From contig PSLL01000006.1 of assembly GCA_040289575.1 (NCBI GenBank), positions 24,583-88,582 of the forward strand: a stretch of DNA of 64,000 nt. Direction: 5' to 3'. Position numbers and translations under genes: made by a program. This stretch comes from Candidatus Dadabacteria bacterium (lineage in GTDB: Bacteria; Desulfobacterota_D; UBA1144; Nemesobacterales; CSP1-2). This document shows positions 52,480 to 62,149 of this stretch, piece by piece. The notes under the pieces are model-generated. The model saw only the letters and a program-made list of their open reading frames with translations. It did not search any database and had not been told where the DNA came from. Positions within the stretch are counted from its first letter, which is position 1, and the number at the start of each line of letters is the position of its first letter.

Positions 52480-54272
52480 GGTCTTGTTATCTTAACAATC
52501 GCTTCCTCGGGCAGTGCATAAATCCATGTAAGCCCCCGGCGCAAAAGGAATGGGCGTCCAAATAGGTCGTGGAATTGGATCGGATCACTACCGTGAATTC
52601 TGTACCAGGTTGCCCCCTCTGATCTGGGGCCACACCAAATCTGGGCTGGGCCCTCTCCATATGTATCAATTCGCAGCCGTCCCTGAATGTCGCCGGGGAT
52701 GTTGGTCACACGTACCCAAATTAGAACCAGGTTGGCAATCAAGAGATTGGGATCACCCGTTGCATCCTCACCCACCGGCGTATTGAGAACCGTCCGTCGG
52801 AATCCCCCGGCCAAACCGTCCCACTCGAATCGTTCTGGATAGGGAGCACGGGGACGCGAATGGACCTCAATCCGTACTCGCGCCGTTCCCTCGTCATCCC
52901 GAATTGCCTCATCTCGGAAAATAGTAGAGAGTCCCGGACAGTAATGCGCAATTAGATTAATACCTGCTGCTGTTGATTGCTCTAGACCTATAGGGGAAAT
53001 TATGGTCAGTTTATCCAATTGCCCAAAGATACGCTCGGGAACAATAAAGATATTATGCGGAGGAGTCCGCCCGTCTTCTGTCGCAAGAATCTGTGCATTC
53101 TGAAGAACCTCAGGCTCACCAGATGCACCTATATGATAACGGTATTCAATATCAATCACGCGCTCCAGATGCTCGAGAAGAGTCCGTGATTCGGGGCTTC
53201 CACCGCAGTGGACATAGAAAGGCTGATAGGCTCCGGCCCACTCGATAAAATATGGCCGGGCGCTCCGTACCGGTCCCACTCTGTCACTGAAAATCCGGGT
53301 GAAGACAGGCATAAGACGCGTCAATCCACCTTCAACTGGAGCCTCGATGATAAGGGATGCACCAGCCAATCCCAGCTGTGGATGTGAACGGCTAGAGTTG
53401 TCAACCATCACCGCAGGCAAGCCGCACCAGAGGTCAATTCTATTTTTATCACCATCAGATGCATTGCTTCTTACTACCATTGGAAAAGACGCCACGCGAG
53501 TTTCAGGAAGTATCCAGTCAAATGCGGCACTGAAGGCATAAGTCTCAGGCAGTCGGCGATCGGCAAGCCGGTGATATTCCATAAGTAACAGATACAATGG
53601 CCTGTATAAGAATCGTGACCTCAGCACCAGTCGGCATAAGAGCAGATAGAGACTCAAGATTCGGGATCGATGTCCCAGTTCATTATTGAACATCCACAGC
53701 GCCGTCACCGGCTGAAGGAGGCTGCTCTTGTTGACTGTAATCGTCTCGTTCTCAACGAATCCCTCATGCTGAAGGAGGAATTTCGTGTACCGGAGCGAGC
53801 GAAGACCATAATATCCCACGGCGTCTATGTGATGACGAGTATATTCTTCTGGAAAGCACTTTGCCCAACGAATAATGGGTTTCGATGAATCCAGGTCTAC
53901 AAAGAAAATCAAACGCCCGCCCGGACGAAGCACACGTTTAATCTCGCGCAATGCGGCGACGAATTGCCTCTCAGTTAGGTGCTCGAACATCCAAATACTC
54001 ACCACCGCATCCACTGAACGATCTGATAAAGGCAGCCGCTCGACCTGTGAACGAATGACCCGATTGTATATTGATGCGGCGCTCTGAAGCGCCCCGGCGC
54101 CATAATCCACTCCCGTTACACGTCCAAATTCTGTCAGAAATTCCCAGCCGCCACCGCAACCCAAGTCAACGATCTCTAATGGATAACGACCAAGCCGTGC
54201 CAGCATCGGTCGCAAAAGATGGGTATGCCCCAGTGGATATTCCGCCGGAGCAACCACCCCAACGGTCCCCAA
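52476..54272 (-). CDS. Class I SAM-dependent methyltransferase fused to a ~400-aa C-terminal domain of unknown function (possibly DUF3048-like); GC-rich compositional outlier
   Basis: Motif I VDLGCGGGW and post-I LRPGGRLIFFVDL. The C-terminal domain contains GGLTRLMPVFT…GPVRSARPYFIEWAGAY. Local GC is visibly higher (~55%) than the flanks (~35-40%). Confidence 0.7.
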   Translation of the reverse strand: MGTVGVVAPAEYPLGHTHLLRPMLARLGRYPLEIVDLGCGGGWEFLTEFGRVTGVDYGAGALQSAASIYNRVIRSQVERLPLSDRSVDAVVSIWMFEHLTERQFVAALREIKRVLRPGGRLIFFVDLDSSKPIIRWAKCFPEEYTRHHIDAVGYYGLRSLRYTKFLLQHEGFVENETITVNKSSLLQPVTALWMFNNELGHRSRILSLYLLLCRLVLRSRFLYRPLYLLLMEYHRLADRRLPETYAFSAAFDWILPETRVASFPMVVRSNASDGDKNRIDLWCGLPAVMVDNSSRSHPQLGLAGASLIIEAPVEGGLTRLMPVFTRIFSDRVGPVRSARPYFIEWAGAYQPFYVHCGGSPESRTLLEHLERVIDIEYRYHIGASGEPEVLQNAQILATEDGRTPPHNIFIVPERIFGQLDKLTIISPIGLEQSTAAGINLIAHYCPGLSTIFRDEAIRDDEGTARVRIEVHSRPRAPYPERFEWDGLAGGFRRTVLNTPVGEDATGDPNLLIANLVLIWVRVTNIPGDIQGRLRIDTYGEGPAQIWCGPRSEGATWYRIHGSDPIQFHDLFGRPFLLRRGLTWIYALPEEAIVKITRP

Positions 54273-54502
54273 CCACGCTGCTCTCGGTACGACGTTGTCC
54301 AGCGGCTATCATGCGGAATATCACCCTCGACGAATCTGGCAATACCGTCTTCCACCAGCCAGGGACCGTGACCCGCTGTGCACACTAAAGTTCCCCGACC
54401 GTTTTTTACATCACACTGAAGGGCAATGTGACAATCGGGGCAGATCAGATCATCGGATCGGAAGGACATAAGGTTGTGAACCCTATCATATAGAACATTC
54501 AT
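54176..54502 (-). CDS. Trm112-like zinc-ribbon ORF overlapping the annotated start of the methyltransferase (possibly its frameshifted N-terminal domain)
   Basis: LICPDCHIALQ…LVCTAGHGPWLVEDGIARFVEG matches the Trm112/YcaR CPxC…C…(aromatic)x[IV]xDGI[PA]x[FLM][LV] pattern. The 3' half of the ORF overlaps the MTase ORF in another frame. Confidence 0.45.
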   Translation of the reverse strand: MNVLYDRVHNLMSFRSDDLICPDCHIALQCDVKNGRGTLVCTAGHGPWLVEDGIARFVEGDIPHDSRWTTSYREQRGWGPLGWLLRRNIHWGIPIFCDRCWHGLVVIH

Positions 54503-54511
54503 AAAATATTC

Positions 54512-55426
54512 TCATGAATCTCTATGTCGAATCTCTAAATTCGGCATCCCCCAGCACTCATACCCCATATCATGAGCCATCATACCTAAACCCTCTGTTT
54601 CTATCTCTCCAATATAAATTCCTTTCAAAATATGTAGGATCTCTCTTCGTGCTTCTAGTATATTTCCTTTTCTTATTCCTCTTAGAGCACTTAGTACCGC
54701 TCTCCTTATTATGGCTCTTTTTGGTTCAAGGTAATGGTTTCCCCTTATAAGTGGATTTTTTCTACCATACAAGAACGGAGGGAAAATCAACCCGTCTCTA
54801 TGAATATCCGCTTTTATTAAAAGCATGGTCCCACCCACAGCATGTAATTTTACTAGATCACTCTCATTTCTTAGGTCATGCATGTGTAATTTCCCTTTAT
54901 CCCTCCAGGCATTCAGATCGAAGCTCATACAGCCGTATTGCGTTAAGCAATACGGCTGTATGATGTCTTTTCCGGTTGCTAAAAGTTTTTCTATAATATC
55001 AGGAGGATACTCAATGACATCAACATCTATCCACAGGACCCAATCCTCATCATCAAGTGCATGAAAAAGGAGATGGTTTCGACTCCTTGCAAGTATAGTT
55101 CTTCTCTCTATTTGGATGTGTCCGGCCCATCGGGGTGTGCCCGGCGGTATATGAAACCCAAAATCCCTTTTCCACAGCCTAGCAGACCGGAACTCTTTTC
55201 TTAGCCCCGAAAGTGATTTTTCCAATTCAAGATAGGTGTTGTCTACGCTATCGCCTTCCAAGAATCCGAGGGAGATCAAGTTATGTGGGTAGGTTAATTT
55301 ATAGAGGGACTGAAAATAGGTTTCTAAAAACGCTTCGGCATCTTTAACCGGAGTTAATATAAGAACCTTGTCCCTATATTCCATAGCCACCCACCCTCCT
55401 CTATTTTCATGATAGGAAGTAATCAA
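54512..55426 (-). CDS. GT62-like glycosyltransferase (Anp1/Mnn9/Van1 family alpha-1,6-mannosyltransferase homolog)
   Basis: Several blocks match the fungal mannan-polymerase family: KVLILTPVKDAE…LTYPHNLISLGFL; DWVLWIDVDVIEYPPDII; HAVGGTMLLIKADIHRDGLIFPPF; ETEGLGMMAHDMGYECWGMPN. Confidence 0.65.
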   Translation of the reverse strand: MITSYHENRGGWVAMEYRDKVLILTPVKDAEAFLETYFQSLYKLTYPHNLISLGFLEGDSVDNTYLELEKSLSGLRKEFRSARLWKRDFGFHIPPGTPRWAGHIQIERRTILARSRNHLLFHALDDEDWVLWIDVDVIEYPPDIIEKLLATGKDIIQPYCLTQYGCMSFDLNAWRDKGKLHMHDLRNESDLVKLHAVGGTMLLIKADIHRDGLIFPPFLYGRKNPLIRGNHYLEPKRAIIRRAVLSALRGIRKGNILEARREILHILKGIYIGEIETEGLGMMAHDMGYECWGMPNLEIRHRDS

Positions 55427-55640
55427 CCGGAATTGATATAACTAGCTCTTTCATAAATATCAGTATTATATTGTGTAGTCTCATATCGATACCATTGATT
55501 GAGTATTGTTTCAAGCTTCCGGTAGAATCTGCTTTACCACATTCGACCAAGCTCGATCAATTAATATAAGTTTGGGTACTTTCTTGGTTAGATCATTCAT
55601 TATTTCCTGTTTGGTGCTCTTCCTTGCAATAAAGGTCAAA

Positions 55641-57030
55641 TTAAAATATCGGCTTGCTGATCTCCTCTGGGAATAAGCCTGGACTGGATTTGTTTGTATG
55701 ATCTCCTAATATGTATATGTAATCGTTGTTTTTAGTGTGTTCCTTTATCCATAGACCTAGCTGTTTATATCGCCCATATTCATCGTCGACACCTTTAATA
55801 TTTATACTATAAAACCTGTAAAGGGTTTGGTATGGTGCCCACAATATTGCTATTATGACTATAGTCTGGACGATGTATCTTCGCCTCTCTGTTTCTCCAA
55901 TTAAGTTAGCTTGAAATAACACATTGATTGCTATTCCAGAGGCGAGCGCTATCGACGGTAGAATTTGTTTGAATTGATGTCCCAAATAATATCCAGATGC
56001 ATTTACACCTAGAAAATCCAAGCCGATCCAGAAAACAATGCCTCCAAATGGTATCTTATTATCTATTATCCTTTTTTCTGGACAATAAATAGTAAGATCA
56101 ATGGATAGAATAAAACTATTTTAGAATGTCCCCAAGCATCAATAAACTTCCCAATCCTTATTTTATAATCGGCACTGCCCCCTTCCTTCTGCATTAAAAT
56201 TAACCATGCATCCTTGAAGTAATCAATCATAGTAACGCCACTTGCCAAAAGAGGAATTAAACTGAGACACATAGGAAACACAACAGCTGCGAATAAGAGA
56301 AATGAATCTCTAAAAGTACTTTTATAGGTTAAGGAACGTTTATCACCTAAGCCTAATAAAAATGCAAATAGTGCAATAGCACTAAGTATTGCAGTTTGCT
56401 TAAAAGCAATTGCGATTCCCATAAAGAATCCAGCAATTAAGGTGTCTCTAATATATAATAAAAGGCTTCTTGCTTCCTGGGCCTTTAAAAGAAATAAGAA
56501 AGCGAGAGTTGAAAATAAAACCATGAATGATTCAGTCTGTGCGGTATATGCTCCATCCATCAGCCTTCAAATCATGCTGAAGCCAAAGAGAATCATAGTG
56601 AGGACACCAACTAAATGATTGCATAATTTTCGTCCAATTATATAAAGTAAAATTGAAGTCGTAACAATAGATAAGCTAGCCAGAATTCTCGGAAACCAAA
56701 TATTTAGATCGAATAGAAGATTGGAAATGACAAATACTATATAGATGCCCGGAGTCTTATTCTCAATGGCTCCGATGTATAGAGGAATCCCATACTTAAT
56801 CCATAGAAAAGCAATATAATTCCACATCCCCTCGTCATTGCCCATGTATTCACTGAAAGATGCAATTAGAAGCAGGGAAAAATAATTATTGCTACTATAA
56901 TAGGACTGGTCACAACCCTATAAAGACTATTATATAAACCCATCTTATTCATACTTTTCGGTCTCAAAAAATAATCTCTTGTCAAGACCAATTCTTTCTC
57001 CAAATGACTATTTACATGGAAAGAAAGCAT
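55641..57030 (-). pseudogene. Second GT39/GT83-like (ArnT/PMT_2-type) membrane glycosyltransferase, broken by two frameshifts and an in-frame TGA
   Basis: Consecutive minus-strand pieces: 56863..57030 (first TM helix), 56567..56845 (DEGMWNY…ENKTPGIY loop motif), 56066..56560 and 55641..56021. A TGA at 56567-56569 separates two pieces in the same frame. Confidence 0.6.
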
Positions 57031-57131
57031 TATTCACCTCTATCTATAGCCGTATCCGTTCCCTGAATAGCCACCTAAGGTTCTATGTATGTAATCACAA
57101 CTAGATGAGAATAGGCTAAATTATAAAGTAA

Positions 57132-57935
57132 CTACTCGTAATCCTTAGACAGATAGTGCGAAACCACTTTGCGGGTTTCGTCATTGATCACAATCCTTCC
57201 TTTACTTAAAAGAATCGCTCTATCACAGAGGTTCTCAATTGCTTTCATATCATGGCTTACAAAAAGCACCGTTCGTCCTTCAGATGCTACGTCCTTCATC
57301 TTATTGAGGCACTTCTCCTTAAATGCCCCGTCTCCTACCGCTAAGACCTCATCCAACAGCATAATCTCTGGCTCCAGGTGTGTGGCAATGGCAAAAGCAA
57401 GGCGCACATTCATACCGCTTGAGTAGTGCTTAATTGGCGTATCTAAAAAATCCTCTACTTCTGAGAATGCCACAATTGCATCGAATTTGCGGTTGACCTC
57501 TGCCCTTCTCATCCCCAAGATTGTGCCACCGAGGTATATATTCTCCCTTCCTGTCAGTTCGGGATGGAAGCCGGTACCAACCTCAAGCATCGAACCCATC
57601 TTACCATAGATTTCAGCATAGCCCTCCGTTGGCTTTGTAATCCGAGAAAGAATCTTAAGAAGAACCGATTTACCGGCGCCGTTAGAGCCGATTATGCCCA
57701 CCACCTCGCCACATTTAACCTCAAAGGAAACATTCCTTAATGCCCAAACGTATTTGTCATCTTCTGATCGCCGTCTGCTGTGATTATTCGTTCCATAACG
57801 AATGGCAGAGGAAAAACGACGAAATGGTGCGCGCATGACGTCCTCTAAGAATTCGCGCATGGCGTTGGTCGCTCTCGGCCGATCTATAAGAAAGCGCTTG
57901 CTAATACCTATAGCCCGAATTGCGAGGTTACTCAT
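57132..57935 (-). CDS. wzt: Polysaccharide/O-antigen ABC exporter ATP-binding protein (Wzt/TagH/KpsT type, no C-terminal carbohydrate-binding domain)
   Basis: Walker A GSNGAGKS, ABC signature YSSGMNVRLAFA, and the typical N-terminal region of glycan-export ATPases. 267 aa. Confidence 0.85.
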   Translation of the reverse strand: MSNLAIRAIGISKRFLIDRPRATNAMREFLEDVMRAPFRRFSSAIRYGTNNHSRRRSEDDKYVWALRNVSFEVKCGEVVGIIGSNGAGKSVLLKILSRITKPTEGYAEIYGKMGSMLEVGTGFHPELTGRENIYLGGTILGMRRAEVNRKFDAIVAFSEVEDFLDTPIKHYSSGMNVRLAFAIATHLEPEIMLLDEVLAVGDGAFKEKCLNKMKDVASEGRTVLFVSHDMKAIENLCDRAILLSKGRIVINDETRKVVSHYLSKDYE

Positions 57936-57938
57936 CTC

Positions 57939-58796
57939 TTACACCACATCGGCAAAGGCATCTTCTTTATATCTGAAGAAGTATAATCCCCCTACAAGTA
58001 GTGCGATTACCACTATAATTGAAAAAGTAAGTAGCATAGTTGGAGGATGTGTCTTTCCTAAAAGCGCCCATCTGAAACCCTCGACTACACCAGCCATTGG
58101 ATTAAGGCCGTAAATCGCCCGCCATCGTTCCGGCACCAGGCTACTCGGATAGGCAATAGGGGTTGCAAAGAGCCATATTTGAGTCAGAAATGGCAGAGTA
58201 AATCCCACATCCCGATACCTGACATTCAAAGCAGCCAACCACAACCCAATCCCCAAAGCCGTTGCTACTGCTAGTATGATAAAAAGAGGCAGCGCCCACA
58301 AAGCCATTGTTGGAACAATCCCATAAAACAACATCATTCCAATCAGCATGACAAACGTTATTGCGAAATCCAAAAACCCAGTTATCACAGTAGTCATTGG
58401 AATTATAAGCCTTGGGAAATAAACCCTAGTAATCACAGCCCTATTATTTACCACGCTGTTGCTTGACTGGGTCAATACATTGACGAAATATGTCCATGGC
58501 ACAAGCGCACTGTATGCAAATATAGGGTAAGAAATCCCTTCGGAAGGCACCCTTGCCAGTTTGCCAAAGAATACGCTTAACACCACCATGGCGATAAAAG
58601 GCTGGATGACAGCCCATGATGCACCAACTATAGTCTGTTTGTATCGCACCTTAATATCACGCCACGCAAATAAGTAGAGCAAATCCCGGTACTCCCATAA
58701 CTCACGGAGGTTGAGCAAAATCCCCCTACTCGTAGGTCGAATTATAGTCGTTGGGCAATCAGATGAATCTACACCTATGAATTTGATCCCTTTCAT
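57939..58796 (-). CDS. wzm: ABC-2 type polysaccharide export permease (Wzm)
   Basis: Six TM helices with the Wzm N-terminal motif (YRDLLYLFAWRDIKVRYKQTIVGASWAVIQP). The start is placed at the internal ATG 58794-58796, which has an AAAGGA RBS 5 nt upstream. The longer ORF (to 58928) would overlap the upstream GT2 by 124 nt. Confidence 0.8.
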   Translation of the reverse strand: MKGIKFIGVDSSDCPTTIIRPTSRGILLNLRELWEYRDLLYLFAWRDIKVRYKQTIVGASWAVIQPFIAMVVLSVFFGKLARVPSEGISYPIFAYSALVPWTYFVNVLTQSSNSVVNNRAVITRVYFPRLIIPMTTVITGFLDFAITFVMLIGMMLFYGIVPTMALWALPLFIILAVATALGIGLWLAALNVRYRDVGFTLPFLTQIWLFATPIAYPSSLVPERWRAIYGLNPMAGVVEGFRWALLGKTHPPTMLLTFSIIVVIALLVGGLYFFRYKEDAFADVV

Positions 58797-58804
58797 TGTT
58801 CCTT

Positions 58805-59488
58805 TCACAGTTGCCATTGCACAAATAGGGATTTCAGCCAACGCTTTATTCGGATCCGGTTTGCCATTTGCAAGCCGAGTGCATGACGGAGCGGTTCTGA
58901 CAGATCCAACAATAATTGATACCTCCATGACCTTCGGCTTTTATAAAAATATATAAACTCATCAATAAAATGCTCTCTCTGTAAAGCCCCGTCCCAACAG
59001 ATTCTCATAGCCCAGTCAATATCCTCAGAATAGCTTATATCCTCAAATTTATAACGGAGTGCAATTTCGCGTTTCATCGGGTTAAGATGATACGGCGGTC
59101 TGAAGTATACCCCTCCCCTTGAGAAATACTCTCTGTATCGTAGTGAATGTATGAAAATGCGCGGTTTTTTTCCACCAAAGGTAATTATGCCCTTGATCCC
59201 GATACAATCAATATCCAGATTCTCTCTTATCACACTACAAATGAGAGGAATGTAATTGTTGCTAACATCATCGTCGTCATCAATGAAAGCGACGAATCTC
59301 CCCCTTGCCCTCTCTATAAGCCTATTTCTCTTGAATCCAAGTGAGTATTCCCTGTTGTCTAAGAGATACAAAATCTCTACTTCATCGGCAAGGGAATTAC
59401 CGGTTATTTGATTACTCAGTTTTTCATATAGTCTATGAAATTGTTCCTTTCTGCTATCGAGAGTCGGTATGAGAATACTGAATAGCAT
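58805..59488 (-). CDS. Small glycosyltransferase family 2 (227 aa)
   Basis: GT2 N-terminus (FSILIPTLDSRKEQFHRL…FIDDDDDVSNNY). Confidence 0.7.
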   Translation of the reverse strand: MLFSILIPTLDSRKEQFHRLYEKLSNQITGNSLADEVEILYLLDNREYSLGFKRNRLIERARGRFVAFIDDDDDVSNNYIPLICSVIRENLDIDCIGIKGIITFGGKKPRIFIHSLRYREYFSRGGVYFRPPYHLNPMKREIALRYKFEDISYSEDIDWAMRICWDGALQREHFIDEFIYFYKSRRSWRYQLLLDLSEPLRHALGLQMANRIRIKRWLKSLFVQWQL

Positions 59489-59498
59489 TTATAAAGTC

Positions 59499-60353
59499 TC
59501 AGTTATGATTATCTTTATTTGCACTTACTGGTATTTCCAGCCAGTGTGAAAGGTCGCGCCTCAGGATGTCCTGAGTCTGTAATATATCCTCCCGGTAATA
59601 TTCAATCAGCCACTCACGCACCTCAGTCTGAAGCTCCGGTTTTCTTAGATTGCTTTGCCTAAGTCCCCCTAGAATCACGTCCCAGACCTTTAGTCGAAGT
59701 TTTAGTCGAGTCTTCTCAGATAAGAACGGTCTCAATATATCCGAGATAAAATTCGGCTGAGTTAGAAAGGTGTTAAGCTTCACATTTATTGGATAACCGG
59801 AGACATTATGTCTGGCTGGGGCCTTGATCACAAGTTTCCCATCCAAATCAAGGAATTGAACTATACTCTTGATTAATTCCCTTGGATTCCGCTGCAAATC
59901 CTCAAAGAGGAAAACCCCAATCTGCTCATGGCAAAAAAGAGACAAATATCGCGCAATCTGTTCAGCGTAAAGCCCCATTCTTCGATAAAACCAGAACGGA
60001 GACCAACCATTACGCATCCTTTCTTCCTCCGCATTGATCGCTTCTCTAAAATCATCGAGATTTTCATACTCCAAAAGTCTGTGATGGAGAAAGTGAGAGT
60101 ATGCCCTGTCTATTGGATTGCGCAGGATAGCTATGATTTTGACATCCGGTATATAGTGCTTAATTCGATAAGGGGCTTTTGGGCTATAAAGGTAAAGAGG
60201 AGAAGCTTCTCCAATAGCCTTCTCATCCCGAACCCCGGAAAAGAGAGAACAATAGGTTTTAATGTCTCGTATCCCTTGGTTATCTTTAGGTCCCCGAAAC
60301 GGTTCGCTTTCCCCTTCGACCGCAAAGAATAGTGGCTCCTTTATAGAACTCAT
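59499..60353 (-). CDS. Sulfotransferase-family protein lacking the N-terminal 5'-phosphosulfate-binding loop (probably truncated)
   Basis: 3'-phosphate-binding motif RNPIDRAYSHF and the IKEPLFF region typical of PAPS sulfotransferases. No K-x-G-T-T loop is encoded. The ATG overlaps the TGA of the upstream GT4 fragment (ATGA). Confidence 0.6.
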   Translation of the reverse strand: MSSIKEPLFFAVEGESEPFRGPKDNQGIRDIKTYCSLFSGVRDEKAIGEASPLYLYSPKAPYRIKHYIPDVKIIAILRNPIDRAYSHFLHHRLLEYENLDDFREAINAEEERMRNGWSPFWFYRRMGLYAEQIARYLSLFCHEQIGVFLFEDLQRNPRELIKSIVQFLDLDGKLVIKAPARHNVSGYPINVKLNTFLTQPNFISDILRPFLSEKTRLKLRLKVWDVILGGLRQSNLRKPELQTEVREWLIEYYREDILQTQDILRRDLSHWLEIPVSANKDNHN

Positions 60354-61108
60354 GAAAATCTGCGGGTTCCGATTACGTGTAAATGAATATCCTCACCATG
60401 CAACCTCACTTCCGACAATATATCTATTATATTTTCTAATCTCTTCTCACCAGAAATCCTCCCAATGCATACAAAACCATTCTCTCTCTCCTGCCAGGGC
60501 ACATCTGGGAAGAGACCGGGAACTGGAGGATATACAGTTGTCGTCTCAATTCCATAAGATTCTCTGCACTTGATTCCGGTCCAGTCCGAATTTACCAGGG
60601 TGAGGTTCTCTTTCATTCTTTCAAACGAATAACCCGAAATCGCCATCCATGGCCGGTACTGACCACGCACTATACCCCATAGGCATTGATACCAAGGAAG
60701 ATCAACGAACTGCTGGCATATAGGCTCGAATCGAGGAAACCAGGGGTAGTGAACATATTGGATTCCCCTGCAGCCGAGGTCAGCCTCCCCGTTGGCGGTG
60801 ATAATAACATCGTAATCGCCATTCATCTTCTTGCACAGGCGCATGAGAAAGGCAAACTTTTGTGCGCTGTGGGGGTCGGGGTCAAGCTCTATTAAACCGC
60901 GTATGAGCCGGGGAGTATAATAGACCTTGAAATCAGATGAGCTGAGAGATGTTCCAAAGAACCGGTTGATCGCGGCAACACTAACGGGTGCCCAAGTCAG
61001 AACAGAAACCGAGTTTTCTCGTTTCAGAGCTTCAATCATCCATACTGCCACAGCATTTCCACCGCCCAGTGGCTCAAGGCTGGGCTGCACAAGTAAGACC
61101 TTTTTCAT
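60350..61108 (-). pseudogene. N-terminal two-thirds of a GT4 glycosyltransferase (paralog of 62150..63331) lacking the C-terminal catalytic half
   Basis: ~60% identical over 250 aa to the N-terminal domain of the 393-aa GT4 at 62150..63331 (…NLTLVNSDWTG…TTVYPP.P..FPDVPW.ERENGFVCIGR…HLH.IGT). It then terminates where the full copy continues for ~140 aa. Confidence 0.65.
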
Positions 61109-61129
61109 CGAGGACGTCTATGAAATCGG

Positions 61130-62146
61130 CTACAGACTTATGCCAGGCAATTTTAAATTCTCACATTCCGCTTCAACTGTTGGAGCAGATATACTGCCAT
61201 CTCCTGCGGAACGCAGCATATTCAAACTATCCTGTAAATTGTACTCCCACTTATCCAATAGATGATTCATGATTTTTGGGTTGTCGGCTAACTCTCTGAT
61301 GGAGCGTCTTGGCACACCGCCCGTAGGAGATATACCCAGCGGAAGGTCCTGCCATATTACTCCATCAAAATAAGCCTGCATATTTCGCCAAAATAATTCA
61401 TGGGATTGACTTGCTAGAGCCATGTCAAAGACATTTTTAGCATACATATACTCCTTATTCCACATATATGACAGGTTATTTCTCCTATATAAATCCGCCC
61501 TTGACTCCAGCTTCTTAAGGTAGTTCACAGGAAAAATCGCCCGATACCTGTAGAACGGCTGGGGTAAGTAGTAGGTGTGCTCTCCCTTCGCGTACAGCAA
61601 ATAATCCCTTAGTTTACGGGAGCGAAACACAAAACGCTTGAGGTCGTAACCGACATCATAGGCATCGCCTTTTGAGATTATATATTCCTTGTTTTTAAAT
61701 AGCCTCCTCCTAAAATCCACAATCCAGAGTAGTCTACTCCCCATTATGTTATAGAACGGCAATCTGAACATCTCCACGTCTGGGTAAAGAACGGGTAGGT
61801 TTCTGATCTCTTCTAGGGAGGATTCATGTATTATCTCGTTTGCCTGAACATAAAGACAGTAACTGCCAGTACATCTCTGTTTTAAAAGATTGGTCATCGT
61901 CGCAAGGATTTCACCCCTCTCCGTTTTGCCCCTCCATTCGTCTCTGAAGAGTCTGACCTTGCCGGGGAACCTTCTCTCTAAAATTTGCAAGGCTTTCCAT
62001 GTCTTATCCGATGAATAGCCTTCGGATATAAGGAACTCGTCACAAATAGGCAGAGCGGCTGTTATAGCCTCTATAAACGGGTATCCCTGCGATACGACGT
62101 TTTTCAATATCATAAAGCCCGATATGGTCACTTTTTCTACAGGCAT
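61130..62146 (-). CDS. Putative GT-A-fold glycosyltransferase, uncharacterised (338 aa)
   Basis: N-terminus ISGFMILKNVVSQGYPFIEAITAALPICDEFLISEGYSSDKT resembles uncharacterised GT2-like proteins of glycan loci. The call is weak. Confidence 0.35.
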   Translation of the reverse strand: MPVEKVTISGFMILKNVVSQGYPFIEAITAALPICDEFLISEGYSSDKTWKALQILERRFPGKVRLFRDEWRGKTERGEILATMTNLLKQRCTGSYCLYVQANEIIHESSLEEIRNLPVLYPDVEMFRLPFYNIMGSRLLWIVDFRRRLFKNKEYIISKGDAYDVGYDLKRFVFRSRKLRDYLLYAKGEHTYYLPQPFYRYRAIFPVNYLKKLESRADLYRRNNLSYMWNKEYMYAKNVFDMALASQSHELFWRNMQAYFDGVIWQDLPLGISPTGGVPRRSIRELADNPKIMNHLLDKWEYNLQDSLNMLRSAGDGSISAPTVEAECENLKLPGISL

Positions 62147-62149
62147 GGT

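Noticed and set aside
57169-58113. + strand ORFs overlapping wzt/wzm
   Set aside because: Spurious antisense frames.
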